Assembly: GCA_043228905.1 (NCBI GenBank)
Contig: JBHGNT010000009.1
Location: 10,292,001-10,356,000 of the forward strand
DNA from: Azolla caroliniana
Lineage: Eukaryota; Plantae; Polypodiophyta
DNA length: 64,000 nucleotides
Reading direction: 5' to 3'
Shown here piece by piece: positions 1 through 10,882 of this stretch. Every line of letters begins with the position of its first letter. Position 1 is the stretch's first letter. A program made the position numbers and the translations under genes. Under the pieces are notes generated by a model. That model ran no database searches and was not told the origin of the DNA. It was given only the letters and a program-made list of their open reading frames with translations.

Positions 1-258
1 TTTGTAACCTATCCTCAACCATCTTAGAATACATGGGTGTTCGCTTAAGGTTCATGCTCAAGTGTGGTTGTTTATTATCTTCAATGGACTTCTCACAATC
101 AAACCTATGCATACATTTGAGATCAATACATAAAGCCCTATGATCGGATTATGGTGTCCATTCACCAAGTGAGAATTTATGTATACGATCCAAAATACCT
201 TCGGAGAGTAGCACATAGTCAATCACACTATTTCCGTTGTGTTTTCTACATGTAAAAC
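1..258 (-). mobile_element. LINE (non-LTR retrotransposon) endonuclease fragment, degenerate
   Basis: Colinear with 37883-38109, which encodes the APE-endonuclease motif FTYEKYNGNSVIDY on the minus strand. Interrupted at 259 by a copia LTR. Confidence 0.75.
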
Positions 259-870
259 TGTCAAAGTTAATATGCAGAAGCTTTGACAAACTGGTTCACC
301 CGTATAGCAACAGAAAGAGTATAGGTTTAATGGAAGCTTCAAAAAACACAGACAGACAGAGAGTGGGAGAGATAGAGAGAGCAAAATAGCATAAACTAAA
401 TTCAAAATAATAACACTTTGTACATACAAATGTCCTACAGAATACTTTTTATACAAGTCCTTAAAAGGACTGACATGTACTTCAATGCTCACTAACTCCA
501 AGGAATATGCCTATGTACTAGGGTCGGACCGTAGGCTCCAACGGCCTACTGGTTCTCACTATTCCGAAGTATGATCTCGTTCTTCGGTCCGACTCTAGGT
601 TTCGGATACCGATATATCCAAACACCTATCCAGTTCTTTGTTCCAGATACCGATCTGGCTCTGGCTTACTCAACCGATCCGGATCTGGTTGAGCTTGCCC
701 GCTCAACACTCCCTCTCAAGCTCAACTTGAAGTTGGACCGCTATGTGTGTCCACTGGTCCTTTCCTCCGAATCCTCGTGGCGTCTTCCCGCCTTGCTCGC
801 ACTCCTTGACTCGTTCGATTTCGCTTCCCACGACCCATCCGGTTCTGCGTTGTCGTGCCTTTCGACGGAA
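259..870 (-). mobile_element. Ty1/copia 3' LTR (259-708) with PPT and truncated 3' internal region
   Basis: Reverse complement starts TGTTGAGCGG and ends ATTAACTTTGACA, the same family as LTRs at 15525, 20434 and 24136. PPT (CTTGAGAGGGAG) is adjacent at 709-720. Confidence 0.85.
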
Positions 871-974
871 TTCATAACTAGACTTATCTCGTATTCTTCA
901 TCTTGTAGTTCAAAACCCCAACGGTTCCCACCCGACTCACGCAAACGATCCGACACTGAAAGGCACAACACAAG

Positions 975-992
975 TGGTGAACCCGACGTGAA
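975..992 (+). promoter_or_regulatory. Primer binding site complementary to tRNA-Trp 3' end
   Basis: TGGTGAACCCGACGTGAA, 2 nt after the LTR end, is the reverse complement of the plant tRNA-Trp 3' end (TTCACGTCGGGTTCACCA; tRNA sequence recalled, not searched). Confidence 0.8.
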
Positions 993-1009
993 ACACGGGT
1001 GGCAAGGAG

Positions 1010-3021
1010 ATGGAAAATCAACAAGAAGCTAACAATATGATGACAATGTTCGAGTGGATGCTACAAGAACAACGCGCGATGTCGGAGATTGCGGTGGTAG
1101 TAGAGTGGCTTGTGCAACGAAACGGGCAATTCAACGGGAAGGATGTGTCACGTTATTTACGAGACTACAAGGCAGAGATACTACAGTGCGGAATATCGGA
1201 AGGATTGCAAGTGACATCCTTCAATCGGGTGGCTACGGACGGGCTTCAAGGGTGTATTCACGGGTTACGACAACAAAATCCGATGTGGGAAGCGTTTGAA
1301 GAAGCGTTGAAGACCACGTTCGCTATCGAGGACTCTTCCAAGGCAACACGGAGGGGATTCAAAGATTGGGTACAAAGGCCGGACAAGGGGCTGATGGTCC
1401 TTGATGTGGTTTCCGCATTCGAAAGTCGATTCGGGAGGTTGTCCACGAGAGATCAAGCTATCCTCACATCAGACAAAGTGATCATGTTCTTATGAGCTGT
1501 GGACGTCCAGGACCAGAAAGACCTTGGAGTGCTTCTAGAGGACACGACTACTGAGAGTGGCCTCACCAATACATGGGCAAACATGCGGGACATCGCCGTG
1601 CGATACACAAAAAGGGGGCAATGGCTTAGTAATGAAGAAATGAGGGTTTCAGAACCGATTCCAAAACCAAGATCCGGATTGGAAGACCATCAACCATGGG
1701 ATCGGGAGACTATGACCGAGCAGGGAATTGATTTCAACCACGGTGGAGCAGTTGCTGAAGGAGATGGAGAATCTGAAAATAACAGTGGTGAAGAAGTAAG
1801 AAGAGCGTCCCACAAGTTCCAAGTATATGGACCGTTGGTGCATATGGTGCGATAACACTGAACATGATCGAAAGGATTGCGATGAGCACAACGAGGCGCT
1901 ATGATGGGATCTTATCTATTACAAGGGAAATCGGATTCATTCGATGGACTCTAGGAAGCCACTCCGGCTGAACTTCCGAAAAGGCGGCATGAAGAAGGTC
2001 CTAGAGGAGGAGATAGCGGCAAAAAGCAATTATGCGACAACTGCAAGAATACGTGTGGGGGAGTCATTTGGAGCAAAGGCATCATTTTGGCTGACTTTGA
2101 TGAATTTGGAGCACCGCATAAGTCATCTGGGAAGCTACGGGATGGGAGTGCCCTGTAGATAAGAATAACATGCATGCATTATGTCAATTGCATGAGGTGT
2201 ATGTAGATGAGAAACGATGACGCATGGATGATGCGGTTGGGCCATCAAAGACACTGGAGAGCTGGAACTCCGAAGGGAAGGGGAAAGGAAAAACAATTCC
2301 GGCATTCAAACTCGCTTCGGACATTGAACAACGGACGGACCTAAAGAAGGTTTTCGAAGAGAGAATCCTTGATAGTCGGGTGGAATTTTCTCTACGGGAA
2401 TTACTCGGAATAACGAAGGAGTTCCATGATCTTCTTATGGATCTCATAAAAAGAAAGAGACAAAATACAGAGGAAAATTCTCCAAGGGTGAATGCAAATA
2501 CAGTTCTAATGAACAACACGGAACTGGAGGATGAAATTCCGAGCTCCCACTACACAAGGCCACACTGGGCATGCGCAACTATGGAGACTCCGATCCGAAT
2601 CGGAAACATCAAAGAAGCCGTACTAGTATTGATTGATCACGGGTCAGATATCAATTTGATGTCCAAGGAGTTCTACCGGAAGGGGAAGTGGCTTATAAAC
2701 ACCAGCCATGGATGGAAGATCCGGGCAGCCACAAAAGCCACGGAAGATCTATTTGCGGCTTGTTCGGATGTGACGGTGAAGATCAGAGATGTGGAGATTG
2801 ACCAAAATTTCTTCGTGCAAGATGAGGTCTCACATTCCGTGATCCTTGGGCAACCCTTTATCACGACTTCACGGATGGAGACAAAGGTGCTCGATAGCGG
2901 AGCGGCTTTTGGATGAATTCAGAGTCAAAGTGGAGGGAAAACTGTCCAATTCCTAATTGTGTCATCGAATCACGAAAGGAACAAGAGAGAGCTCTTGTCC
3001 TAAACAAAAATGGATTTTTAA
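1010..3021 (+). pseudogene. gag-protease of host gypsy element (stops and frameshifts)
   Basis: ORF pieces 1010-1495, 1499-1855 and 2224-2916. Aspartic protease motif LIDHGS...VILGQPF. The frame continues through mutated stops to ATG GAT TTT TAA at 3010-3021. Confidence 0.8.
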
Positions 3022-3449
3022 AGCAGACTGTTGCAGAGTGGGGAAGTGATAGTCCGAGAAGCCCTGATACCCCACACATGAACAAAACTCTCGGAGCAAA
3101 ACAAGTACGAATCGGTCTAGATGGGGCATCTACATACACGGCTGTAACCGGAGTAATGAAGAAAGAATTCCAAAAGGTGCAAGATGAGTTACGGTATACA
3201 TCAATCATAAAAGAAGACGAAGAGATCATGGGAGTAGTCCAAAAAGTGTTCTACGGAACACACTACAAAGGCTTGAAGAGCTTGAAGAAGAGAATCACCA
3301 TGAAGACTGGGTAGTTCCGGTGGAATCGGTCGAGATGTACAAGATCATTGTGGAAATGGAGCCGGATGCGCTCCGCAAAGAAGAAGCAATGATATGTACG
3401 AAATATAAGACCATGGAAACGAAGGTGCAACCATCTGCGGGACCATTAC

Positions 3450-3548
3450 TGTCATGAACAGTACTGAGACAGAGAAGGAATTAGTACTAAACGAAGGATT
3501 AGTACTATGAGAGGTGTGGAACTTCTTTGAGAGAAGGAAGAAGTGAGC

Positions 3549-3624
<76 letters not shown>

Positions 3625-3942
3625 TGATAAGAAAGATATGTATTATATGAAGAGAATATACAATGGTGGCTAAAAGGCTTAAGACTGGCGTTGAACCAAT
3701 TTGGTTCAACATAATGCCTAGTGCCCTCTTTTATAGTGTTTTCAGGAGTAATCCTGAAGCTTCTAGAATGTTCCAGAGAAATCTGGAATATACACTAATT
3801 TCCTATAATAAAATGTAAATGAAAATAATATTCTACGTATTACAATAGATGATCTAATGGTCATGAGCTCAACCCATATAACCTAAGGTCATGGGTTCGA
3901 GTCTTGCCATATCATGACACTATCTCCCCTTTAAAACGACGA
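3450..3942 (-). mobile_element. Chromovirus 3' LTR (variant A, 3450-3919) plus PPT stub, inverted
   Basis: Reverse complement runs TGTCATGATATGG...GTTCATGACA and is nearly identical to the LTR at 9279. Preceded on the minus strand by TCGTCGTTTTAAAGGGGAGATAG. Confidence 0.9.
3553..3621. repeat. (GA)n microsatellite inside LTR
   Basis: Long GA run, much shorter in the sister LTR at 9279. Confidence 0.95.
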
Positions 3943-4423
3943 TTCTTGTCATGATATGGCAAGACTCGAACCCATGACCTTATATTACATGGGTCGAGCT
4001 CTTGACCATTAGACTATACATTGTAATACATAGAATATTATTTTCATTTATGTTTTATTATAGAAAATTGATGTATATTCCAGATTTCTCTGGAACATTC
4101 TAGAAACTTCAGGAGTATTCCTTAGAACACTATAAAAGGAGGCACAAGGCATTATTTCGAACCAAATCGGTTCAACGCCAGTCTTAAGCCTCCTAGCTAC
4201 TGTACATTTTCTTCACATAATATATATCTTTTCTTACTCTCTCCCTCCCTCTCACTCACTCTTTCCTTCTCTCGAGAGTTCTTCACCTCTCTTAGTACTA
4301 ATACTTCTTTTAGTACTAATTCCTTCTCTGTCTTAGTACTATTCCTGACAGTTTGAACCGATTTACCTACCTTCTGTCTCTCTCATTTCCTACTAATCTC
4401 TTATTCCTCTTTTCTTTCATCCC

Positions 4424-5575
4424 ATGGCCACTGTTAGTGCTGAAGAATATCAATCTGTTTTCTCGGAATTTCAATGCTTGAAGGAGAAGTTCCATGCTTT
4501 GGAACAAGAAAACCGACGGTTGCTGGGGGATCTTCAGCAAATCTCCTTAGAAAAGCAGCAAACGCAACAACAACATGGGGAACTTGCGTTACGCGTGCAA
4601 CAACTCGAAGCAACCATCGTAGCGATGCAACAACAAGGGCCCGGAACACAAGGGATTCATAAAGAACCCAAGATTGGCCTTCCCACGAAGTTCGATGGAA
4701 CGCGATCGCAGTTTAGAGGGTTCCTTAACCAGGTACGATTAGTTATTCAAATGCATCCTTCCTGATATCCCACCGATGCATAACGAGTGGGTCTAGTAGG
4801 CACTTTGTTAAGTGGCTCAGCGTTGTCATGGTTCGCTCCACTATTAGAAAAGGAATCTCCGTAACTCAACAATTTTGAAGAGTTTCTAGGTGAGTTTAAA
4901 GCATGTTTCGGAGATACTGACAACATCAGGACCGCAATCAACAAAATCCGGCGATTACGCCAAGGTGACCTTCCAGCCTCTGCATACGCTGCAGATTTTC
5001 GTCTACTCGCCGCCGATATCCCTTGGGATGATCAAGCGTTGATGGAGCAATTCCATTATGGTTTACGCAATGACGTCAAGGATTTACTATTGACCTTCCC
5101 CGAAGAGCCAAAGTCCTTTACAGAAGTAATCAGTCGTGCAGTGAGATGTGACAACCGCCTCTTTGAGCGATGTTCGGAACGACAACTACAGATGCCGAGG
5201 GCAAGATCAGAGCCCACCTACGCCTCAGTGGTAGCAAGACCTTTTCCGAGGGAGTCATATAATGCGCCTCCAGCGAATACTCCGACTCCGATGGAGATTG
5301 ACACTACACGTCGTCGAGGGTCATTATCCGAAGAAGAAAAGCAGCGACGCCGTACAAATCGACTATGTCTTTACTGCGGTGGACCAGAACATATCGCAAT
5401 AAATTGCCCCCATAGGCCAAGAAGACAGGTAAACCAAATAGTCGCTAGTTCTAATTGTACTAAATCCGAGCCTATTTCAGTAGGGATATCTGATAGTCCT
5501 AATAGTACTAATATCCCAGATCTAGCAAACAAATTTGATGTCCTTAGTCAGTTAGAAGAAGAGTTAAACGACTAA
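4424..5575 (+). pseudogene. Chromovirus gag (PEG10/sushi-like capsid plus zinc knuckle) with premature stops
   Basis: PTKFDGTRSQFRGFLNQ, PTPMEID and CCHC motifs. In-frame stops at about 4763, 4781 and 4862. Confidence 0.85.
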
Positions 5576-8500
5576 GTCCAGCCAAAATAGGAGCCGTTTG
5601 GTTGGACAACCCTAGATCTGTGCAACCCATTAGTGGTTCCATTCCCTCTAAGCAAGTTAGTGATGTGTTCGTAGCCCAAGTAATAGTTAGTACTAAAAGT
5701 ACCCCTCCAGTACATGTCCTAGCACTCCTAGATTCTGGAGCTAACTCTTGCTTTATGGATAAGAAATTTGCTCAAGCTCATAAGATATCCCTAAGAAAAC
5801 TGCAGTGTCCAACCTCTGTAGTAGTCATTGATGGACGTCCCATTGCTTCCGGAAATATCATAGAAGAGTCAGAGCCCATTAATATTGTCCTAGATAACTT
5901 AGCATGTGTAGTATCATTTAATATTATTAGTATCCTAGAACATCCTATAGTTTTAGGATTATCGTGGTTCGAGTTACATAACCCAGACATAGATTGGAGA
6001 ACAAGAGAAATCCGGTGTCGACAAACCCAAGGCTCAACTCAGAAGATGGCAACCATTTCGCTACGTCAGCTGCGTAAAGAAGGGCGCAAGGAGGAAATGT
6101 TCCTCTTTGCAATATTAGTAAACCCCTCCAACACCACTAAAGAAGAATCCACCGTTCAACTTCCCGAGAAGTATCGTCATTACGCCGATGTGTTCGATAA
6201 AGTACAAGCCAACACACTTCCTCATCATCGACCGTACGATTGCCCCATCGATTTACAACCGGGAAAAGAGTCGCCATGGGGACCGATCTACAATTTGTCA
6301 CCAACCGAGCTGGAAGTTCTTCGGGCCTATATAGAGGAGAATTTGGAAAATGGTTTCATTCGGCATTCGAAATCTCCAACCGGCGCGCCCATTTTCTTCG
6401 TAAAAAAAAAAGATGGATCGCTTCGTCTCGTTGTAGATTACCGTGGCTTGAATAAGGTTACAATCAGGAATAGGTATGCTCTTCCCCTTATCTCAAGTCT
6501 TTTAGAACGGATCAATGGTGCCAGGTTCTTCACGAAGATCGACTTACGGGGAGCATATAACCTCGTACGGATCCGACCAGGAGACGAATGGAAGACCGCG
6601 TTTCGCACCAGATATGGGCCCTTCGAGTATACGGTCATGCCGTTCGGCCTCACTAATGCACCGGCAGTCTTCCATCACATGGCTAATGATATATTCCGAG
6701 ATCTATTGGATGATTGTTTGATCATCTATTTGGATGATCTACTGGTTTATTCAAAGACCCAAGAAGAACATGATTCTCATGTACTATTAGTACTAAAACG
6801 ACTTCGAGAACATGGTCTGTATGCAAAGTTGGAAAAATGTAATTTCGGGTGCAACCAAGTGGAATTTCTCGGCTACATCATTTCATCAGAAGGCATCTCC
6901 ATGGACCCAGCTAAGGTCAAAACGGTGGTAGAATGGCAGACTCCACGTTCGGTGCGGGATGTGTAATGCTTCCTAGGCTTTGCCAATTTTTACCAGAAGT
7001 TCATACAAGATTACTCAAAGATCGTTCTACCTCTCACACAACTTACCAGGAAGGGACAACCGTTCATTTGGTCTGAAGAAACGGACATGTCTTTCGAGAG
7101 TCTTAAAAAGGCATTTACATCGGCTCCAATTCTAGCTCATGTCGATCCGGAAAAACCATTCATTATCGAAGCTGACGCATCGGATTTTACATTGGGGAGC
7201 ATACTATCACAACAGGGGAATGATGAGAGGCTACATCCTGTGGCTTTTCACTCACGCAAGTTTGATGCCGCCGAAATCAACTACGAAATTCATGATAAGG
7301 AGCTATTGGCAATAGTGGATTCTTTTATGCAATGGAGGCATTTTCTGGAGGGATCCTCTCATCCGGTCACCGTATTTAGTGACCACAAGAATCTTGCCTA
7401 CTTTCAGGATGCTTGTGTGTTGAATCGACGTCAAGCTTGGTGGGCCCACTTCCTCACGCGTTTCGACTTCAAAATTACATATCGTCCGGGGAGGCACCAA
7501 GGGAAGGCAGATGCATTATCACGACCTTCGTATCTAGCACCCCGTCCCGGCGAGCCAGCTTTCGATAACCAAAAACAAGTCATCTTGGGACCGACACGAC
7601 TACAAGCAACACAGATCTTTGACATGCCTATGGATTCCCGCGTTATCGATACCATACGTGAAGACTTGAAGACAGATGCGTTCGCCCAAGCTATACTAGC
7701 ACAAATTGATCCCTCTCGAGCATCGTGTTCACAGTCACAACCACCAGGTACGGACTATCGGCAATTCAAATATCATGATGGATTACTCTTCTTTAAAGAA
7801 CTTTTGTATGTTCCTAATGGTTCTTGCCGCCTTTGAGTAGTACAAAATTGTCATGACACATATACAACTGGGCATTTTGGTAGTACTAAAACATTACATT
7901 TAGTACAACGAACATTCTGGTGGCCCTATATGCGACAATTTGTCGAGGATTTTGTTCGGACTTGTGATACATGTTGCAGAGCGAAAATGCCAAGGCATCA
8001 TCCATATGGTTTATTAGAACCATTACCAATTCCAAGCAAGCCGTGGCAATCCATTGCTCTAGACTTCATCACAGATCTTCCAGTCTCTAAGGGGTTCAAT
8101 GCGATTCTAACGGTGGTCGATCGATATACGAAGATGGCTCATTTCTTGCCATGTACTAAGGAGATCTCCAGTGAAGACACTGCCGAAATTGTCATGCGTG
8201 AAGTATGTCAGCATCATGGACTTCCCGATAGTATCATCAGTGACCGTGGACCCCAGTTCGTGTCAAAATTCTGGAAGCACCTTTTTAATGCTCAAGGTCA
8301 CTTGTAACCTCTCCTCCGGCTACCACCCACAAATCGACGGCCAAACTGAACGAACAAATCAAATGTTGGAGCAGTATCTACGGTGCTTTCTCAGCTATCA
8401 TCAAGATGACTGGGCAGATATTCTCCACTTCACCGAATTTGCCTATAACAACTCTATCCACGCATCCACTAAAGTTACGCCATTTTATGCTTATACGGGA

Positions 8501-9286
8501 TGTCACCCCCGGTGGAGTGTACTTGAAACCCCAGAGGTGTCCACAAATCCGTGCGCGGAGGATCGTTTGGAGCAGTTACGCAAGATACAAGCGGATTTAT
8601 CTACTCATCTCCAACAAGCTCAACAAACACACAAGGTCTACGCGGATCGTCATCGACTTCCATCCAGTTTTAATATTGGAGATTGGGTGTGGTTGCTACG
8701 ACGACACATCAAGACTACTCGTCCATGTGAGAAGTTAGATTATCGGCGATTAGATCCTTTCCGTATTATTGGACAGATTAATGATGTTGCTTTTCGTCTC
8801 GATCTACCTCCTCAACTTCGGATACATCCGGTGTTTCATAGTTCTGTCCTCGAACCCTACCACGAGAGCACCATCCCAGGACGTCTTATCCAACCTCCAC
8901 CCCCGATCGAGCTTGAAGATGGGCCGGACTACGAGGTTCCTCAACTTCGGATACATCCGGTGTTTCATAGTTCTCTCCTCGAACCCTACCACGAGAGCAC
9001 CATCCCAGGACGTCTTATCCAACCTCCACCCCCGATTGAGCTTGAAGATGGGCCGGAGTACGAGGTTGCCGCCATCCTTGATTCCAAGATTGTTCGCAAC
9101 AAGCTCTACTATCTAGTCGAATTGCTAGGCTATAGCCCCAGCGAACGTACTTGGGAACCGATCGAGAATGTGACCAATGCTCGTGCTCTTCTTGAAGACT
9201 TCCATCGTCAATATCCACACAAACCAGGTCCTCAATCCAAGACGACTCGTGACACTCGTCGTTTTAAAGGGGGGATAGTGTCATGA
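5563..9286 (+). pseudogene. Chromovirus pol (PR-RT-RH-IN-chromodomain), in -1 frame relative to gag
   Basis: ORFs 5602-6966, 7087-7836, 7930-8307 and 8171-9286 carry canonical motifs. Stops at 6964 and 7834, frameshift near 8285. Confidence 0.9.
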
Positions 9287-9680
9287 TATGGCAAGACTCG
9301 AACCCATGACCTTAGGTTATATGGGTCGAGCTCTTGACCATTAAATCATCTATTGTAATACGTAGGATATTATTTTCATTTACATTTTATTATAGGAAAT
9401 TAGTGTATATTCCAGATTTCTCTGGAACATTCTAGAAGCTTCAGGATTACTCCTGAAAACACTATAAAAGAGGGCACTAGGCATTATGTTGAACCAAATT
9501 AGTTCAACGCCAGTCTTAAGCCTTTTAGCCACCATTGTATATTCTCTTCATATAATACATATCTTTCTTATCATCACTCTCTCTCTTTCTCTCTGTCTCG
9601 CTCACTTCTTCCTTCTCTCAAAGAAGTTCCACACCTCTCATAGTACTAATCCTTCGTTTAGTACTAATTCCTTCTCTGTC

Positions 9681-9781
9681 TCAGGAACAGTACTAAGACA
9701 GAGAAGGTATTAGTACTAAAAGAAGTATTAGTACTAAGAGAGGTGAAGAACTCTCGAGAGAAGGAAAGAGTGAGTGAGAGG

Positions 9782-9825
<44 letters not shown>

Positions 9826-10882
9826 TGATAAGAAAAGATATATATTATGTGAAGAAAATGTACAGTAGCTAGGAGGCTTAAGACTGGCGTTGAACCGATT
9901 TGGTTCGAAATAATGCCTTGTGCGTCCTTTTATAGTGTTCTAAGGAATACTCCTGAAGTTTCTAGAATGTTCTAGAGAAATCTGGAATATACATCAATTT
10001 TCTATAATAAACATAAATGAAAATAATATTCTATATATTACAGTGTATAGTCTAATGGTCAAGAGCTCGACCCATGTAATATAAGGTCATGGGTTCGAGT
10101 CTTGCCATATCATGACACTATCCCCCTTTTAAAACGACGAGTGTAACGAGTCGTTTTGGATTGAGGACCCGGTTTGTCTAGATATTGATGATGGAAGTCT
10201 TCAAGAAGAGCACGAGCATTGGTGACATTCTCTATCAGTTCCCAAGTACGCTCGTTGGGACTATATCCTAGCCAATCGACTAGATAGTAGAGCTTGTTGC
10301 GAACAAGCTTGGAATCAAGGATGGCAGCAACCTCGTACTCAGGTCCATCTTCAAGCTCGATCGGGGGTGGAGGCTGTGTAATACGTCCTGGGATGGTGCT
10401 TTCTTGATAGGGTTCGAGGAGAGAACTATGAAACACCGGATGTATCCGAAGTTGTGGAGGTAGATCAAGACAAAAAGCGACATCATTAATCTTTCCGATA
10501 ATACGGAAAGGACCTAATCGCCGATAATCCAACTTCTCGCATGGGCGAGTAGTCTTGATGTGTCGTCGGAGTAGCCATACCCGATCTCCAATGTTAAAAC
10601 TAGATGGGAGTCGATGACGATCCGCATAAACCTTGTGTGTTTGTTGAGCTTGTTGGAGATGAGTAGATAAATCCGCTTGTATCTTGCGTAACCTCTCCAA
10701 ACGATCCTCTACGCAAGGATTTATGGACACCTCTGGGGTTTCAAGTACACACCACTGAGGGTGACATCCCGTATAAGCATAAAATGGCGTAACTTTCGTG
10801 GATGTGTGGATAGAGTTGTTATAGGCAAATTCGGCGAAGTGGAGAATATCTACCCAATCATCTTGATGATAGCTGAGAAAGC
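9681..10882 (-). mobile_element. Inverted chromovirus 3' LTR (variant B, 9681-10117) plus PPT and integrase/chromodomain fragment
   Basis: LTR matches 3947-4350. ORF 10110-10886 is homologous to the C-terminal part of ORF 8171-9286 but lacks the 43-aa duplication. Confidence 0.9.

Larger units (their letters stand above)
3947..9684 (+). mobile_element. Near full-length Ty3/gypsy chromovirus (Tcn1/Tf1/sushi-like)
   Basis: 5' LTR 3947-4350 (TG...CA), gag with CLYCGGPEHIAINC knuckle, PR (ALLDSGA), RT (YLDD), RH (EADASD), IN (GQTER), chromodomain (EYEVAAILDS...TWEP), PPT 9266-9278, 3' LTR 9279-9684. Confidence 0.92.

Noticed and set aside
3450-10117. DIRS-like or TIR element suggested by inverted terminal repeats
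   Set aside because: Encodes a DDE integrase plus chromodomain with no tyrosine recombinase or transposase; the repeats are ordinary TG...CA LTRs with PPTs.
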